From an uncultured Clostridium sp. (GTDB lineage: Bacteria > Bacillota > Clostridia > TANB77 > CAG-508): DNA of 64,000 bases. A program made the position numbers and the translations under genes. Shown one piece after another: positions 50,904 through 60,468 of the stretch. Below the pieces are notes generated by a model. The model saw only the letters and a program-made list of their open reading frames with translations. It did not search any database and was not told the origin of the DNA. The first letter of the stretch is position 1. Every line of letters begins with the position of its first letter. The stretch is taken from contig CATYUF010000002.1 of the NCBI GenBank assembly GCA_958413095.1, positions 5,439 to 69,438 on the forward strand, read 5' to 3'.

Positions 50904-52022
50904 TCATCCCAAGATTTCCATCAACTCTTCTTTCGAAGCGAACTCTAATCCTCGATGAAGTAAAGCATTATATCTTCTGTCATCATACAGATAAGCATAT
51001 TTTTCTGATGCCTTTTTCTGTGTCTTAGTTACAACAACTTCCTCTTCCTCTTCAAAGTTATCCAAATCATATCTACCTGTTCTCAGATAACTCTCATAAG
51101 GATCTTCCTCAAAGTGTTTTCTTGAAGCCTTAGCACCTTTAATTTTCGAATCATTCCTGATTAAATCCTGTAATAGCTGAGAAATCTGTGCATTGTTTAA
51201 GTCATAAATGCTACTGTCTCCAATTCTCTTCGAAGTAAAGCTTCCACTGAAATTCTGATTAGAAGAATTTTTGTGTTTGTTCAAGTTATAAATTCTTCCT
51301 TGAACCAACATCATCTGATATACTCTACTAATTGTAGGAGTCTTCCGATTTCTGTCCATCAAAATTTCTTCCATTATTCTATCAACAGTTGTTTTTTTCT
51401 TCTTCGGTGTAAGATTTACCAAAAAAGATGTAACTGCTGGTTCAGGATAAAATGCTTTGCTCGGAATTACCTGATCAATATCAACATTAAGATATGTTTG
51501 ACAAATTGCTGAAATTAATCCAAATTCCTGATTCAAGTGTTTACTATTTCCTTCGGAAACCTGTATTGGTGCCACCATTTTTCTAGTAGAGTTCTGAGAT
51601 AACACCAATGTGATACTCTTTACTCTTGAACTCTTTTTGTCCTTGTTGTTCACGTAAAGTGCCCCAGACTGTGCAAGATTTACCAAGAAAGGTTCTGTTA
51701 TAGTATATGGAAGATTTGCAACAATTCTATCATAATCAACATATGACATATCAAGTGCATTACCTTCAACAACCGTAACATTATCATAATTCTTGAATTT
51801 CTTTTTCAGTAAATCTGCATAATAATGGTCAAGCTCAATAACTGTCAGTGGATTTCCTAGCCTAGCTAAAACTTCGGTTAGTGCTCCTGCTCCACCACCA
51901 ACTTCTACAACAGACTCTCCTTTTTGTATATTAGCCTTCCGACAAATATGTTCAATGAGTTGCTTGTCGACCATAAAATGTTGGTCTTTTGTTGGATTAG
52001 GATTCTTTTCAAATTCAGTCAT
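50904..52022 (-). CDS. Erm/KsgA-family rRNA adenine N6-methyltransferase-like protein with a ~170-aa C-terminal extension
   Basis: 372 aa. QHFM (compare QNFL), SAM motif VVEVGGGAGALT, IELD, and catalytic ANLPY (compare N(L/I)PY). The C-terminal half is charged and low in complexity. G+C is visibly higher than in neighbouring genes. Confidence 0.8.
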   Translation of the reverse strand: MTEFEKNPNPTKDQHFMVDKQLIEHICRKANIQKGESVVEVGGGAGALTEVLARLGNPLTVIELDHYYADLLKKKFKNYDNVTVVEGNALDMSYVDYDRIVANLPYTITEPFLVNLAQSGALYVNNKDKKSSRVKSITLVLSQNSTRKMVAPIQVSEGNSKHLNQEFGLISAICQTYLNVDIDQVIPSKAFYPEPAVTSFLVNLTPKKKKTTVDRIMEEILMDRNRKTPTISRVYQMMLVQGRIYNLNKHKNSSNQNFSGSFTSKRIGDSSIYDLNNAQISQLLQDLIRNDSKIKGAKASRKHFEEDPYESYLRTGRYDLDNFEEEEEVVVTKTQKKASEKYAYLYDDRRYNALLHRGLEFASKEELMEILG

Positions 52023-52129
52023 AGTAATACCTCCTAAATGTTATAAAAATATATTGACTGCAAACTTAAAAATACAAAACGTTTCCGTTTACATAACAAT
52101 TATACGCTAATTTGCTTTTTTTGTCAAAT

Positions 52130-53087
52130 TTAATTATCGTCTAACATTTTTATTATATTTTTATATATAAACATTGGTATTATCTTTAATATTTGAAATA
52201 TTATAAAACTATTTATTATACCAATTTTATCTGCACACAAACCTATCAATAAACTTATAATTGCAAAAATAATATTTTTAAATAATGATTTTATTGAACC
52301 CATACTTGCTCTATGTTTTTCATCATATAATTGTTGTTCTATTTCCATTTGTATAACTTCCGTTGTAAGTAATGAATTAGAAACCATTATTATTGGTGAA
52401 ATTATTGATTTTAATATAACACCAATTATATTAGATAACATACTATATATATTTACAATATAATATAATCTTTCTTTTCCAGTATTTTCGACTAATTTTC
52501 CATTATTCCAATTTGCAATAGTTGCTCCTATATTTGATAAAATTCCTGGTATTCCCAAAGCCCATTTGGGATAGAAAGTACTTCTAAATTGAAAACATGC
52601 TTCTCCTATTCCCTCATTTATACCATCAGCTATAATTTGTCTTTTTAAAACTTTATTTGTCATAATAAGCTTTAATGATTGTTTTGCTTGTTCTTTTACA
52701 TTTTCCTGTCTTTTTATATTTTTTATTTCTTTTAATTTAAATGAAGCGATTATTAATAATATTTTTGGGATAAATGACAACAATATAATTATTTTATATG
52801 ATGTAAAAAAAGCTATAATGCAACCAATTAGTGCAGATACTGCTCCAGCTAAGTATTTCATGGAGTTTATTTTTCCTGCATAATTGTTATATTCAATTTC
52901 TTTTGAGTCTTCTTTAAGAAGCTCATAAATATATAATACATGATATTAATGTTGCTATACTAAATATACTCATTCCTAACATCATAGAATTAGTAACTTC
53001 AATGTAAAATAGAATAGCTATAACTCCATATAGTTTAAATTCACTAAAAAAATTTAGCCAATATACTATCTTATATTTTCTTTCCAT
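52130..53087 (-). pseudogene. Frameshifted, degenerate MFS-like membrane transporter gene
   Basis: The ATG at 53087 gives MERKYKIVYWLNFFSEFKLYGVIAILFYIEVTNSMMLGMSIFSIATLISCIIYL*. Another frame continues ...YELLKEDSKEIEYNNYAGKINSMKYLAGAVSALIG... (tracked ORF 52130..52861). The total length is short for an MFS protein and the usual loop 2-3 motif is missing. Confidence 0.5.
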
Positions 53088-53091
53088 ATTA

Positions 53092-53670
53092 TTACCTATT
53101 TATTGCAGAAAAAAACTCTTGACGCAAATTGCTATCATTTTTAAATTTTCCTCTCATTGTATATGTATCAGTTACAACTCCTGGCTTTTTTATTCCTCTT
53201 GCAGTCATACAGGAATGTTCTCCCTCAATATATACAGCAACATCATCAGTATTACATGCTTTTGCAATTACCTCCGCAATGTCTGTGCCAATTTTTTCTT
53301 GTAATTGTAATCTTTTTGTTATCATATCTACAATTCTAGCAATTTTAGATAATCCTAAAACTCTTCCATTAGGTAAATATGCAACTGTTATTTTCATATT
53401 ATACATAAGAGCTAAATGATGTTCACAATAACTAAAAGCAGGGATATCTTTCATTATAACAATATTATCTCCACCTTGTTCAAAAGTTTTATTAAACATA
53501 TTTGCAATCTCATCATTGGAATATTGTATTCCTTCAAATACCTCTTCATACATTTTAGCTACTCTTTTAGGAGTTTCCTTTAATCCCTCTCGTTCTGGAT
53601 TTTCTCCAATGGCTTCTAGTATATCATATATAGCTTTTTCAATTTTTTTTCTATCAAAAGTCTTACTCAT
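53092..53670 (-). CDS. folE: GTP cyclohydrolase I
   Basis: 192 aa. Contains ...[21 protein letters not shown]..., ...FSYCEHHL and ...EGEHSCM..RG. Confidence 0.93.
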   Translation of the reverse strand: MSKTFDRKKIEKAIYDILEAIGENPEREGLKETPKRVAKMYEEVFEGIQYSNDEIANMFNKTFEQGGDNIVIMKDIPAFSYCEHHLALMYNMKITVAYLPNGRVLGLSKIARIVDMITKRLQLQEKIGTDIAEVIAKACNTDDVAVYIEGEHSCMTARGIKKPGVVTDTYTMRGKFKNDSNLRQEFFSAINR

Positions 53671-53700
53671 TTTTACCTCCTAGTTGATATAGTATATATT

Positions 53701-54351
53701 TTATACTCCCCTCATATCAGGATTCCAAATAACTTTATGCAACTGAATTTGCATACGTACTTTTGTCATATCTATACCATTTGAATTACATTTTTTCATA
53801 AATTCAACAATTTTTGGTAATTTAATTTTTTGATATATTGGACTAATATATACAAAACTTTTTATTTTAAATTTTCTTAGTACTTCTTCAACTGTTTTTA
53901 AATCGCTTTCTTCCACAACAAATTTCAAAACATCCTCTTCGCCTAATTTTTCTATATTTGCTAAATTCATTGTATTTTCCATATTACTTGAAGGACATTT
54001 GTAATCCATAGTAATTAAACATTTTCCAACATACTTTTCAATGTTGATACTTCCATTTGTTTCGATATTAACTTTATAATTTGATTTAAGTAATTCTTCT
54101 ATCAATATATCAATATCTTTATGTTGTAAAGGTTCTCCACCTGTTAGTGTAACATTTTTTATTCCAATTTTATCTAATTCATCAATAATTTCATTTACTG
54201 ACATTTCTGTTCCTGCATTTTTATCTAACGCATATTGTGTATCGCAATATGAACATCTTAAATTACATCCAGCTAACCTTACAAAACTTGCTAATTCTCC
54301 TGCTCTAATACCTTCTCCATCAATACTTCCAAATATTTCATTTACGACCAT
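53701..54351 (-). CDS. queE: 7-carboxy-7-deazaguanine synthase (radical SAM)
   Basis: 216 aa. EIFGSIDGEG..AG....FVRLAGCNLRCSYCDT.Y and ...VTLTGGEPL. Its start overlaps the queD stop (TAATG). Confidence 0.9.
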   Translation of the reverse strand: MVVNEIFGSIDGEGIRAGELASFVRLAGCNLRCSYCDTQYALDKNAGTEMSVNEIIDELDKIGIKNVTLTGGEPLQHKDIDILIEELLKSNYKVNIETNGSINIEKYVGKCLITMDYKCPSSNMENTMNLANIEKLGEEDVLKFVVEESDLKTVEEVLRKFKIKSFVYISPIYQKIKLPKIVEFMKKCNSNGIDMTKVRMQIQLHKVIWNPDMRGV

Positions 54352-54686
54352 TATTCCACCTCATAAACAGCTATATTATCTTTACTTTCTTGAACACTTA
54401 CTTTATAGCATTTTTCACCTAACTCATCTGCAATCCATTTTGCAATATTTTCTGCTGTTGTATTAAATGGAAGTATATCATTTAAATTTTGATGATCTAA
54501 TTTATTTTTAATCTTTTGTTTAATATGTGTAAAGTCCATTACCATTCCATCTTGATTTAACTCTCTACTTTTCATATATATCTGAATAATCCAATTATGT
54601 CCATGTAGATTTTCGCACTTGCTTTCATAAGATAATTTTAATTGATGACTTGCACTTATTTCTATTGTTTTTTTCACGTAATACAT
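54351..54686 (-). CDS. queD: 6-carboxy-5,6,7,8-tetrahydropterin synthase
   Basis: 111 aa from the ATG at 54686 (SD aggagg). Motifs SASHQL....KCENLHGHNW, ....GMVMDF..IK and ..LDHQNLND. The longer tracked ORF (to 54821) runs through a terminator hairpin. Confidence 0.9.
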   Translation of the reverse strand: MYYVKKTIEISASHQLKLSYESKCENLHGHNWIIQIYMKSRELNQDGMVMDFTHIKQKIKNKLDHQNLNDILPFNTTAENIAKWIADELGEKCYKVSVQESKDNIAVYEVE

Positions 54687-54774
54687 TTTAATACCTCCTA
54701 AAACACTTGTATTTATTGGAATTTTATCACTTTTTTTGAAATGAGTAAAGTATAAAGCACAGTTTTTTATAGAA

Positions 54775-54819
54775 AAAGCAGAAAAATGGAAGCATTTGAT
54801 TTTAAAATTAAATGCTTCC
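54775..54819 (-). terminator. Hairpin plus T-tract between the carbamoyltransferase gene and queD
   Basis: GGAAGCATTT (54788-54797) pairs with AAATGCTTCC (54810-54819), followed on the minus strand by atttttctgcttttt. Confidence 0.55.
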
Positions 54820-54826
54820 ATTTTTA

Positions 54827-56470
54827 TTAATGCAATTTTACAATGTAACTACCAATTGCTAAAAAGTCTAAGTTCATCTTTCTAGCACTATCCAATGCCT
54901 TAAATGGAGTATCAACAATCGGTTCCCCTTTGATATTAAATGAAGTATTAATTACTACAGGAATTCCTGTTATGTTATAAAATTCATTTATAATATCATA
55001 AAATAAAGCATTGTATTTTTTAGTAACTGACTGAATTCTAGCTGTACCATCAATATGAGTAACAGCTTCAAGATTTTTTTGTTCTTTTTTTAGCACATTG
55101 CAGTTAATAGTCATATATGGCGAAAACTGCTCTGAACTAAAATAATTTGTCTGTTTTTCAAACAAAACAGCCGGTGCTAATGGCCTCCAAACTTCCCTAC
55201 CTTTGAGAGTATTAAGTTTAACCAACATATCTTTTTTTCTTGGATCTGCCAGTAAACTACGATTTCCAAGTGCTCTTGGACCATACTCTAATCTCCCTTG
55301 AAAGTTTGCAACAATACAGCCATCTGAGATTAACTTTGCAGCATCATGTGCTAAATCATTTGATTCGTAAAATTCACAATTTTCACGAATTAATATCTCT
55401 TTTACTTCTTCATCTGAGAACGAATTGCCCTGATATGGAATCATCTCAAAACAAACTTCTTCATTCAAAGCAATCGCTCCTGCTATTGCTGAACCAAGAG
55501 AGATTCCTCCATCATTTGCTGCTGGTTGAGTAAAGATATTAGCTACCTCTTTCAACTCTGATAAAATTCCATTAGCAGCACAATTTAGTCCGACTCCACC
55601 TGCTATCGCCACATTGTCCAAACTGTATTTGCGACAATTATACACAACAATCTGAGATAATATTTCTTCAAGCAGTTTTTGAGCTGACGAAGCTAAATTA
55701 GCATATGGAATAATATCATCTGTTACGTCTTCAATCTTTCCCGTTCTCGGAGCAATAATTGTACTCAGAATCTGTTTCCATTTTGCAATAGTTTCTTCTT
55801 CCTCATCCTTACTCTTTTTTTCAACAGTAAAAGAACAACTTAACTTACCTTCTCTATTCACATTAATGTACTTTTTCAGTTCATTAATATAAACTGGTTC
55901 TCCATAAGAAGCAAGTCCCATTGTTTTTCCCTCTTGTCCTGAGAAAAAACCGATATGTTCGGTGACTGCCGCATAAAAATAGCCAAGAGAAATAGGAGTT
56001 TCATAAATCTTATCCATTCTCTTTTGTTTTCTATCACCAACAAATACCGAAGTAGCAATATCCTCTCCTTGTCCATCAATAACAATTGTCAAAGCTTTTT
56101 CAAAGTTAGAAGGATAAAACGCACTATATGCATGTGCTTTATGGTGCTCTAGATACATAAGTTTATCTGCGTATTTACCTGTTCCAAATAAAGCCATAGA
56201 CATTTCTTCATTAGAGATAAATTTTTCTCCAAACATCTGCCACAATTCTGGATAATTCCATCCAATAACAACCTTATCAATGTCATCGATTGAAATCTTT
56301 TCATGTTGACAAATCATGTCAATTGATTTCTTTGGAATCATATCATATGCATGTCTCAGTCCAACTAACCGCTCTTCTTCAATAGCAAATTTTAATTTGC
56401 CATCAACTAACAATGCTGCTCCACCATCATGTCCTCTAACAGTCCATCCGTTAAGTCCTAAAATTTTCAT
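54827..56470 (-). CDS. NodU/CmcH-family carbamoyltransferase
   Basis: 547 aa. MKILGLNG....HDGGAALL.DG, LEHHKAHAYSAF, GPRALGNRSLLADPR, HIDGTARIQSV and VINTSFN, giving the Kae1-like plus YrdC-like architecture. G+C is visibly higher than in neighbouring genes. Confidence 0.9.
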   Translation of the reverse strand: MKILGLNGWTVRGHDGGAALLVDGKLKFAIEEERLVGLRHAYDMIPKKSIDMICQHEKISIDDIDKVVIGWNYPELWQMFGEKFISNEEMSMALFGTGKYADKLMYLEHHKAHAYSAFYPSNFEKALTIVIDGQGEDIATSVFVGDRKQKRMDKIYETPISLGYFYAAVTEHIGFFSGQEGKTMGLASYGEPVYINELKKYINVNREGKLSCSFTVEKKSKDEEEETIAKWKQILSTIIAPRTGKIEDVTDDIIPYANLASSAQKLLEEILSQIVVYNCRKYSLDNVAIAGGVGLNCAANGILSELKEVANIFTQPAANDGGISLGSAIAGAIALNEEVCFEMIPYQGNSFSDEEVKEILIRENCEFYESNDLAHDAAKLISDGCIVANFQGRLEYGPRALGNRSLLADPRKKDMLVKLNTLKGREVWRPLAPAVLFEKQTNYFSSEQFSPYMTINCNVLKKEQKNLEAVTHIDGTARIQSVTKKYNALFYDIINEFYNITGIPVVINTSFNIKGEPIVDTPFKALDSARKMNLDFLAIGSYIVKLH

Positions 56471-56631
56471 AGTAAGCCTCCTTATTGAACTTATGTTACA
56501 TTGTTTTCAATGTGCATTTTTTTATTATAATTATAATTATAACTATAATTGATAATAAAAATATGCCTTATTATATCATCACAAACTTATTATGTCAATT
56601 GTTTGATAAAAGAATATAATGCAAATATTCC

Positions 56632-57957
56632 TTAACTCACATTATATTCTTTTATTATATTCTTAAACTTTGTTCCTAATAAAATTAGAGCTATCAAATT
56701 TGGAATTATTATAAAACCTACTGATATATCTGCTAATGCCCATATAGCATCTATTGGCAATAGTACTGCAAATATAACAGGAATATAATATATCCATTTT
56801 AGATATTTAAATTTATTTTCTCCAAATAAATATGTAATACTTGTTTTAAATTCAATAAAATATCCCAAATATGAAGTATAAGCAAATAATGCTATAATTA
56901 TACTCAAAATTACTTTTCCATAGTTTCCATATATCGTTTGAAAAGCATCTAAAACAAGTACTGCTCCTGAATTTCCCGTTGATATACTTCCTGTTACCAT
57001 AATTAATAAAGCCGTTAATGTACATGTTACAAAGCTAACAACTGCAACTTCAAATATTCCCCACATACCTTGCTCAACCGGTTTAGCATTCTTTTGAGTT
57101 GCATACACCGTTGCAGAAGTTCCTAAACCTGCTTCATTTGCAAAAATTCCTCTTGCTGCACCCTTACTAATAGCCATCATAATTGTCGCACCTGCAAAAC
57201 CGCCCATTACTGGTGCTGGTTGAAAAGCATATTTTATAATATCTATTAACACATTTGGAATTTTAGTTATATTAATAATTACAATTAGTATCGCAGATAT
57301 TAAATAAATTAATGTCATTACAGGAACTATTCTTTTTAAAAATATCCCCATTTTATCTAATCCTTTATTAATAATTATTATTGAAATTCCTATTGCAATA
57401 ATTCCTATTAAAATTAATGGTACTTTAAATGTTTCATTTATAGTTGTTGCTAACGTATTCATCTGTGCAAAACATGAATCAGTAATTACATATGTCAATA
57501 ATGATACACTATAAACAACTGCTAGTATTTTCCCTAATTTTCCTGATACTTGTTTTATATAATACATTGGTCCGCCACTGTATGTTCCATCTTCTTTCTT
57601 TTTTCTATATTTAACGGATAATGTAACTTCTGCCATTTTTGTAGCCATACTAATAAAGGAGATAATCCACATCCAAAAGATTGCTCCTGGTCCTCCTACA
57701 GCTATTGCTGATGCTATACCTGCAATATTTCCTGTTCCTATTGTACCAGCTAAAACCATACTTATTGTTTTTTTATCATCATCTGTTTTATTTTTATTAT
57801 CTATTAATTTTCCTACTGTTGACCTAAATATATGTTTTATTTTTGTTAATTGAAAGAATTTACAGCATACACACATATATATTCCAACACATACAACAAA
57901 TATAGTTAAAGGTAATCCCCATAAAAAATCTGTTATTTCTGTAATCATATCTAACAT
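56632..57957 (-). CDS. Alanine/glycine:cation (sodium:alanine) symporter family protein (AGCS)
   Basis: 441 aa and polytopic. Motifs ...LAGTIGTGNIAGIASAI..GGPGAIFWMW and ...GIFANEAGLG. Confidence 0.85.
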   Translation of the reverse strand: MLDMITEITDFLWGLPLTIFVVCVGIYMCVCCKFFQLTKIKHIFRSTVGKLIDNKNKTDDDKKTISMVLAGTIGTGNIAGIASAIAVGGPGAIFWMWIISFISMATKMAEVTLSVKYRKKKEDGTYSGGPMYYIKQVSGKLGKILAVVYSVSLLTYVITDSCFAQMNTLATTINETFKVPLILIGIIAIGISIIIINKGLDKMGIFLKRIVPVMTLIYLISAILIVIINITKIPNVLIDIIKYAFQPAPVMGGFAGATIMMAISKGAARGIFANEAGLGTSATVYATQKNAKPVEQGMWGIFEVAVVSFVTCTLTALLIMVTGSISTGNSGAVLVLDAFQTIYGNYGKVILSIIIALFAYTSYLGYFIEFKTSITYLFGENKFKYLKWIYYIPVIFAVLLPIDAIWALADISVGFIIIPNLIALILLGTKFKNIIKEYNVS

Positions 57958-57971
57958 GTTATCTTCTCCAT

Positions 57972-58724
57972 TTATTTCACTATTTTTATACCAAATAATT
58001 TTCTCTCTAATAATATTCCCCTATCAGTAGCATATTGGTTAACATATTTATTAAACTTACTAAAATCTTCTCTTTCTTTTCCAAAATTAGGAATAATTGG
58101 TGTGTTATTTAATAAAAATAATAAATCTTCTTCTGTCTCATAGTATTCTTGTTGTAAAATATCATAAAATTCGACTTTTTCAAATTTAACACCTTTTAAT
58201 TCTTTTTTTATTTTATCAATCAGTTTTGTTTTTGAATTAAATCCCTGTCCTCTTCCAAAAATTTTCTTTAACTCTAAACAGTCATCTTCGTCTATTTGTT
58301 CTGAAAAGAAATATCCATTTTTTCTTAATACTCTATTAACTTCCTTTACATCAAACGGAGTATGCCTTGCAGAAATAATATCAAAAAATTCATCTGGAAA
58401 GTTAATATTTTCTGAATCCATTTCAAAAAATCTAATATTATTTTTATTATTTTGTTTATTTGCACTTTTAACCATCTCTATTGAAAAATCTGTACCTATT
58501 TTCAATAAGCATTTGTCTGAGATTAAATTACTTAATTTTTCTCCTCCACCTGTACCTATATCTAACAATATAGTATTTGTTTTAACTTTACTATTTATTT
58601 CATCAAAAAATTGAAACTCACTATTATCAACCATTTGATATTTCATTTTTGAAAAATCCCAACCAATGGTCTTTCCAACTTTATTATAGAATTCTTTTTC
58701 TTCTTCACTATTATAATTTATCAT
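57972..58724 (-). CDS. Class I SAM-dependent methyltransferase
   Basis: 250 aa. Motif I ILLDIGTGGGEKL and a post-I acidic residue (GTDFS). Confidence 0.8.
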   Translation of the reverse strand: MINYNSEEEKEFYNKVGKTIGWDFSKMKYQMVDNSEFQFFDEINSKVKTNTILLDIGTGGGEKLSNLISDKCLLKIGTDFSIEMVKSANKQNNKNNIRFFEMDSENINFPDEFFDIISARHTPFDVKEVNRVLRKNGYFFSEQIDEDDCLELKKIFGRGQGFNSKTKLIDKIKKELKGVKFEKVEFYDILQQEYYETEEDLLFLLNNTPIIPNFGKEREDFSKFNKYVNQYATDRGILLERKLFGIKIVK

Positions 58725-58826
58725 TTTGCTACCTCCTGCTAAGATATTATCATAAATATACTATTTTTTCAATAAATTATAAGAAATAATAAGGAAAGAG
58801 TATTCAACTCCTTCCTTATTATGTAT

Positions 58827-59615
58827 TCAAATTGGCTTGTGAATAAAGTAACCTAAACAATATACTACATTCCAGAATATATAGTAAATTCCAGATATAC
58901 AATTTTTCTTGAAAATTGGTATTATTAAATTCCAGTTTGCTGTCGGTCTCTTTTTATGCAATTTTTTATCTGCTGCCTTTTTCACCCCATATCCATACCT
59001 ATATGCAGATTTCAAATCTTGTTTAAAAGTGAGGTTATCATGGATACATGTTGTACTCTTAATTTCACCAACTTTTATATCTGCTTTTCTCGCTCTAATA
59101 TTCAATTCAGAATCTTCTATCCATTGAATATCATTATCAAAAAAATAATTGCAAACCATCGGTTTTAACTTTTTATTAATTCCTATGGCTGGACACAAAG
59201 CATAACCTGGTATTCCCATTTCTCTGGTATAGCTAATAACTTTGCTTGAATGTGTATCTTGTTTAAAGAATACTTTTCCATCTACCAGCAAGTATTGTTC
59301 TAGCATATGATAGAATTCAAGTAATGCTCCTTTTACTATCAAGCAATCACTATCATAAAACACAACCTTTTCATACTTTGCTCTCTCAATACCATAATTT
59401 CTTGCTTTGCTCAAATTTCTTTCTGGTAATTCAATTACATTGACATTTAAAGATGATTTCTTTTTAAAGTCTTGTACTATATTTCTTACTTTTTCTGTTG
59501 CACCATTTAAAACAACAATAACTTCACAATTGATGTCAATGGTTTCTAGCATATTTCTTATCCGTAGGTCATCTGCTACACATACAACCAAAGATAAATC
59601 AATTTCATTCTTCAT
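58827..59615 (-). CDS. Glycosyltransferase family 2 (GT-A fold)
   Basis: 262 aa. N-terminal LSLVVCVADD..., ...ARNYGIE.A... and a DxD-type FYDSDC. Confidence 0.8.
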   Translation of the reverse strand: MKNEIDLSLVVCVADDLRIRNMLETIDINCEVIVVLNGATEKVRNIVQDFKKKSSLNVNVIELPERNLSKARNYGIERAKYEKVVFYDSDCLIVKGALLEFYHMLEQYLLVDGKVFFKQDTHSSKVISYTREMGIPGYALCPAIGINKKLKPMVCNYFFDNDIQWIEDSELNIRARKADIKVGEIKSTTCIHDNLTFKQDLKSAYRYGYGVKKAADKKLHKKRPTANWNLIIPIFKKNCISGIYYIFWNVVYCLGYFIHKPI

Positions 59616-59690
59616 AATTTACCTCCTTTTGAATACAGACAAGGATTTAGACTATCTGTCTAAATCCTTGTCTGTAGTGTTTTCAGAAAC

Positions 59691-60332
59691 TTACTCAGCT
59701 GGATCTGTTAATCCCAAGCTTTCGAAAGATTCTTTTCGATTTCTGCAAGGCTGACAAATTCCACATGGCTTCTCTCCATTTGACACACAAGTCCATGTAT
59801 GTTCAAGAGGAACTTTGTACTCCAAAGCTGTCTTGATAATTTCCTGTTTGTTCTTATAATTCAATGGTGCTTCAATAATTACATTTGGATTGTTTTTTAC
59901 TGCAATCTGAATTAACTGATTCATCATTTTAATAAACTCAGGAGAATTATCTGGGCAAATCCATGGACCTGCTTCGCTACCAATAAAAATCCTTTCAAAT
60001 TCTTCATCAGTTTCTGCCCATGCAATTGCTGCTGTCAAAATACAAGCATTTCTGAACGGAACATAAATCAAATCATCTTCTTCACTTGCTTTAATTCCAG
60101 TATCAGTAATCATTGATATTCCAAGTTTTCCTAACCATGTCATATCAATAATTTTGTGTTCTTTTGCACTATAATGCTGTGCAAAAAACTTCGTGTTTGA
60201 AATTTCCCGCTCAATGTTTTTCTGACCATAGTTAACTGTCAGGAAATACAGTTCGTACCCCCGTGCCTTTGCTATAGCAGCACAAGTTGTACTATCAATT
60301 CCACCGCTGATTGTAATAATTGCTTTTTTCAT
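59691..60332 (-). CDS. queC: 7-cyano-7-deazaguanine (preQ0) synthase
   Basis: 213 aa. PP-loop AIITISGGIDSTT, ...YVPFRNA and a C-terminal Zn motif C....KPCGICQPC..R. G+C is visibly higher than in neighbouring genes. Confidence 0.92.
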   Translation of the reverse strand: MKKAIITISGGIDSTTCAAIAKARGYELYFLTVNYGQKNIEREISNTKFFAQHYSAKEHKIIDMTWLGKLGISMITDTGIKASEEDDLIYVPFRNACILTAAIAWAETDEEFERIFIGSEAGPWICPDNSPEFIKMMNQLIQIAVKNNPNVIIEAPLNYKNKQEIIKTALEYKVPLEHTWTCVSNGEKPCGICQPCRNRKESFESLGLTDPAE

Positions 60333-60439
60333 TCAACCCATCCTTTCTAAGCATTGGTTTTCTTCAACTTATAGTTTCTTGTACACTATTACCATCTTGC
60401 TAAAATCTCAGCCAGATACAAAAAGAAATGTACGGACTT

Positions 60440-60468
60440 ATGTTAACATTTTTGTTGCAATTTGTCAA
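60440..60468 (-). promoter_or_regulatory. Candidate sigma-A promoter for the island operon (TTGACA-17 nt-TAACAT on the minus strand)
   Basis: The minus strand has ttgaca (60468-60463), a 17-nt spacer and taacat (60445-60440), about 105 nt upstream of the queC ATG. Confidence 0.3.

Noticed and set aside
54687-54790. CTATAAAAAACT upstream of queD matches the A-rich tail of the B. subtilis preQ1-I riboswitch (CUAUAAAAAACU).
   Set aside because: The short P1 hairpin that should sit directly 5' of that tail is absent, because the preceding sequence CTGCTTTTT has no partner. The nearby hairpin is better explained as the carbamoyltransferase terminator. In DNA this AT-rich the match may be chance. 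An Infernal scan is worthwhile, but I do not call it.
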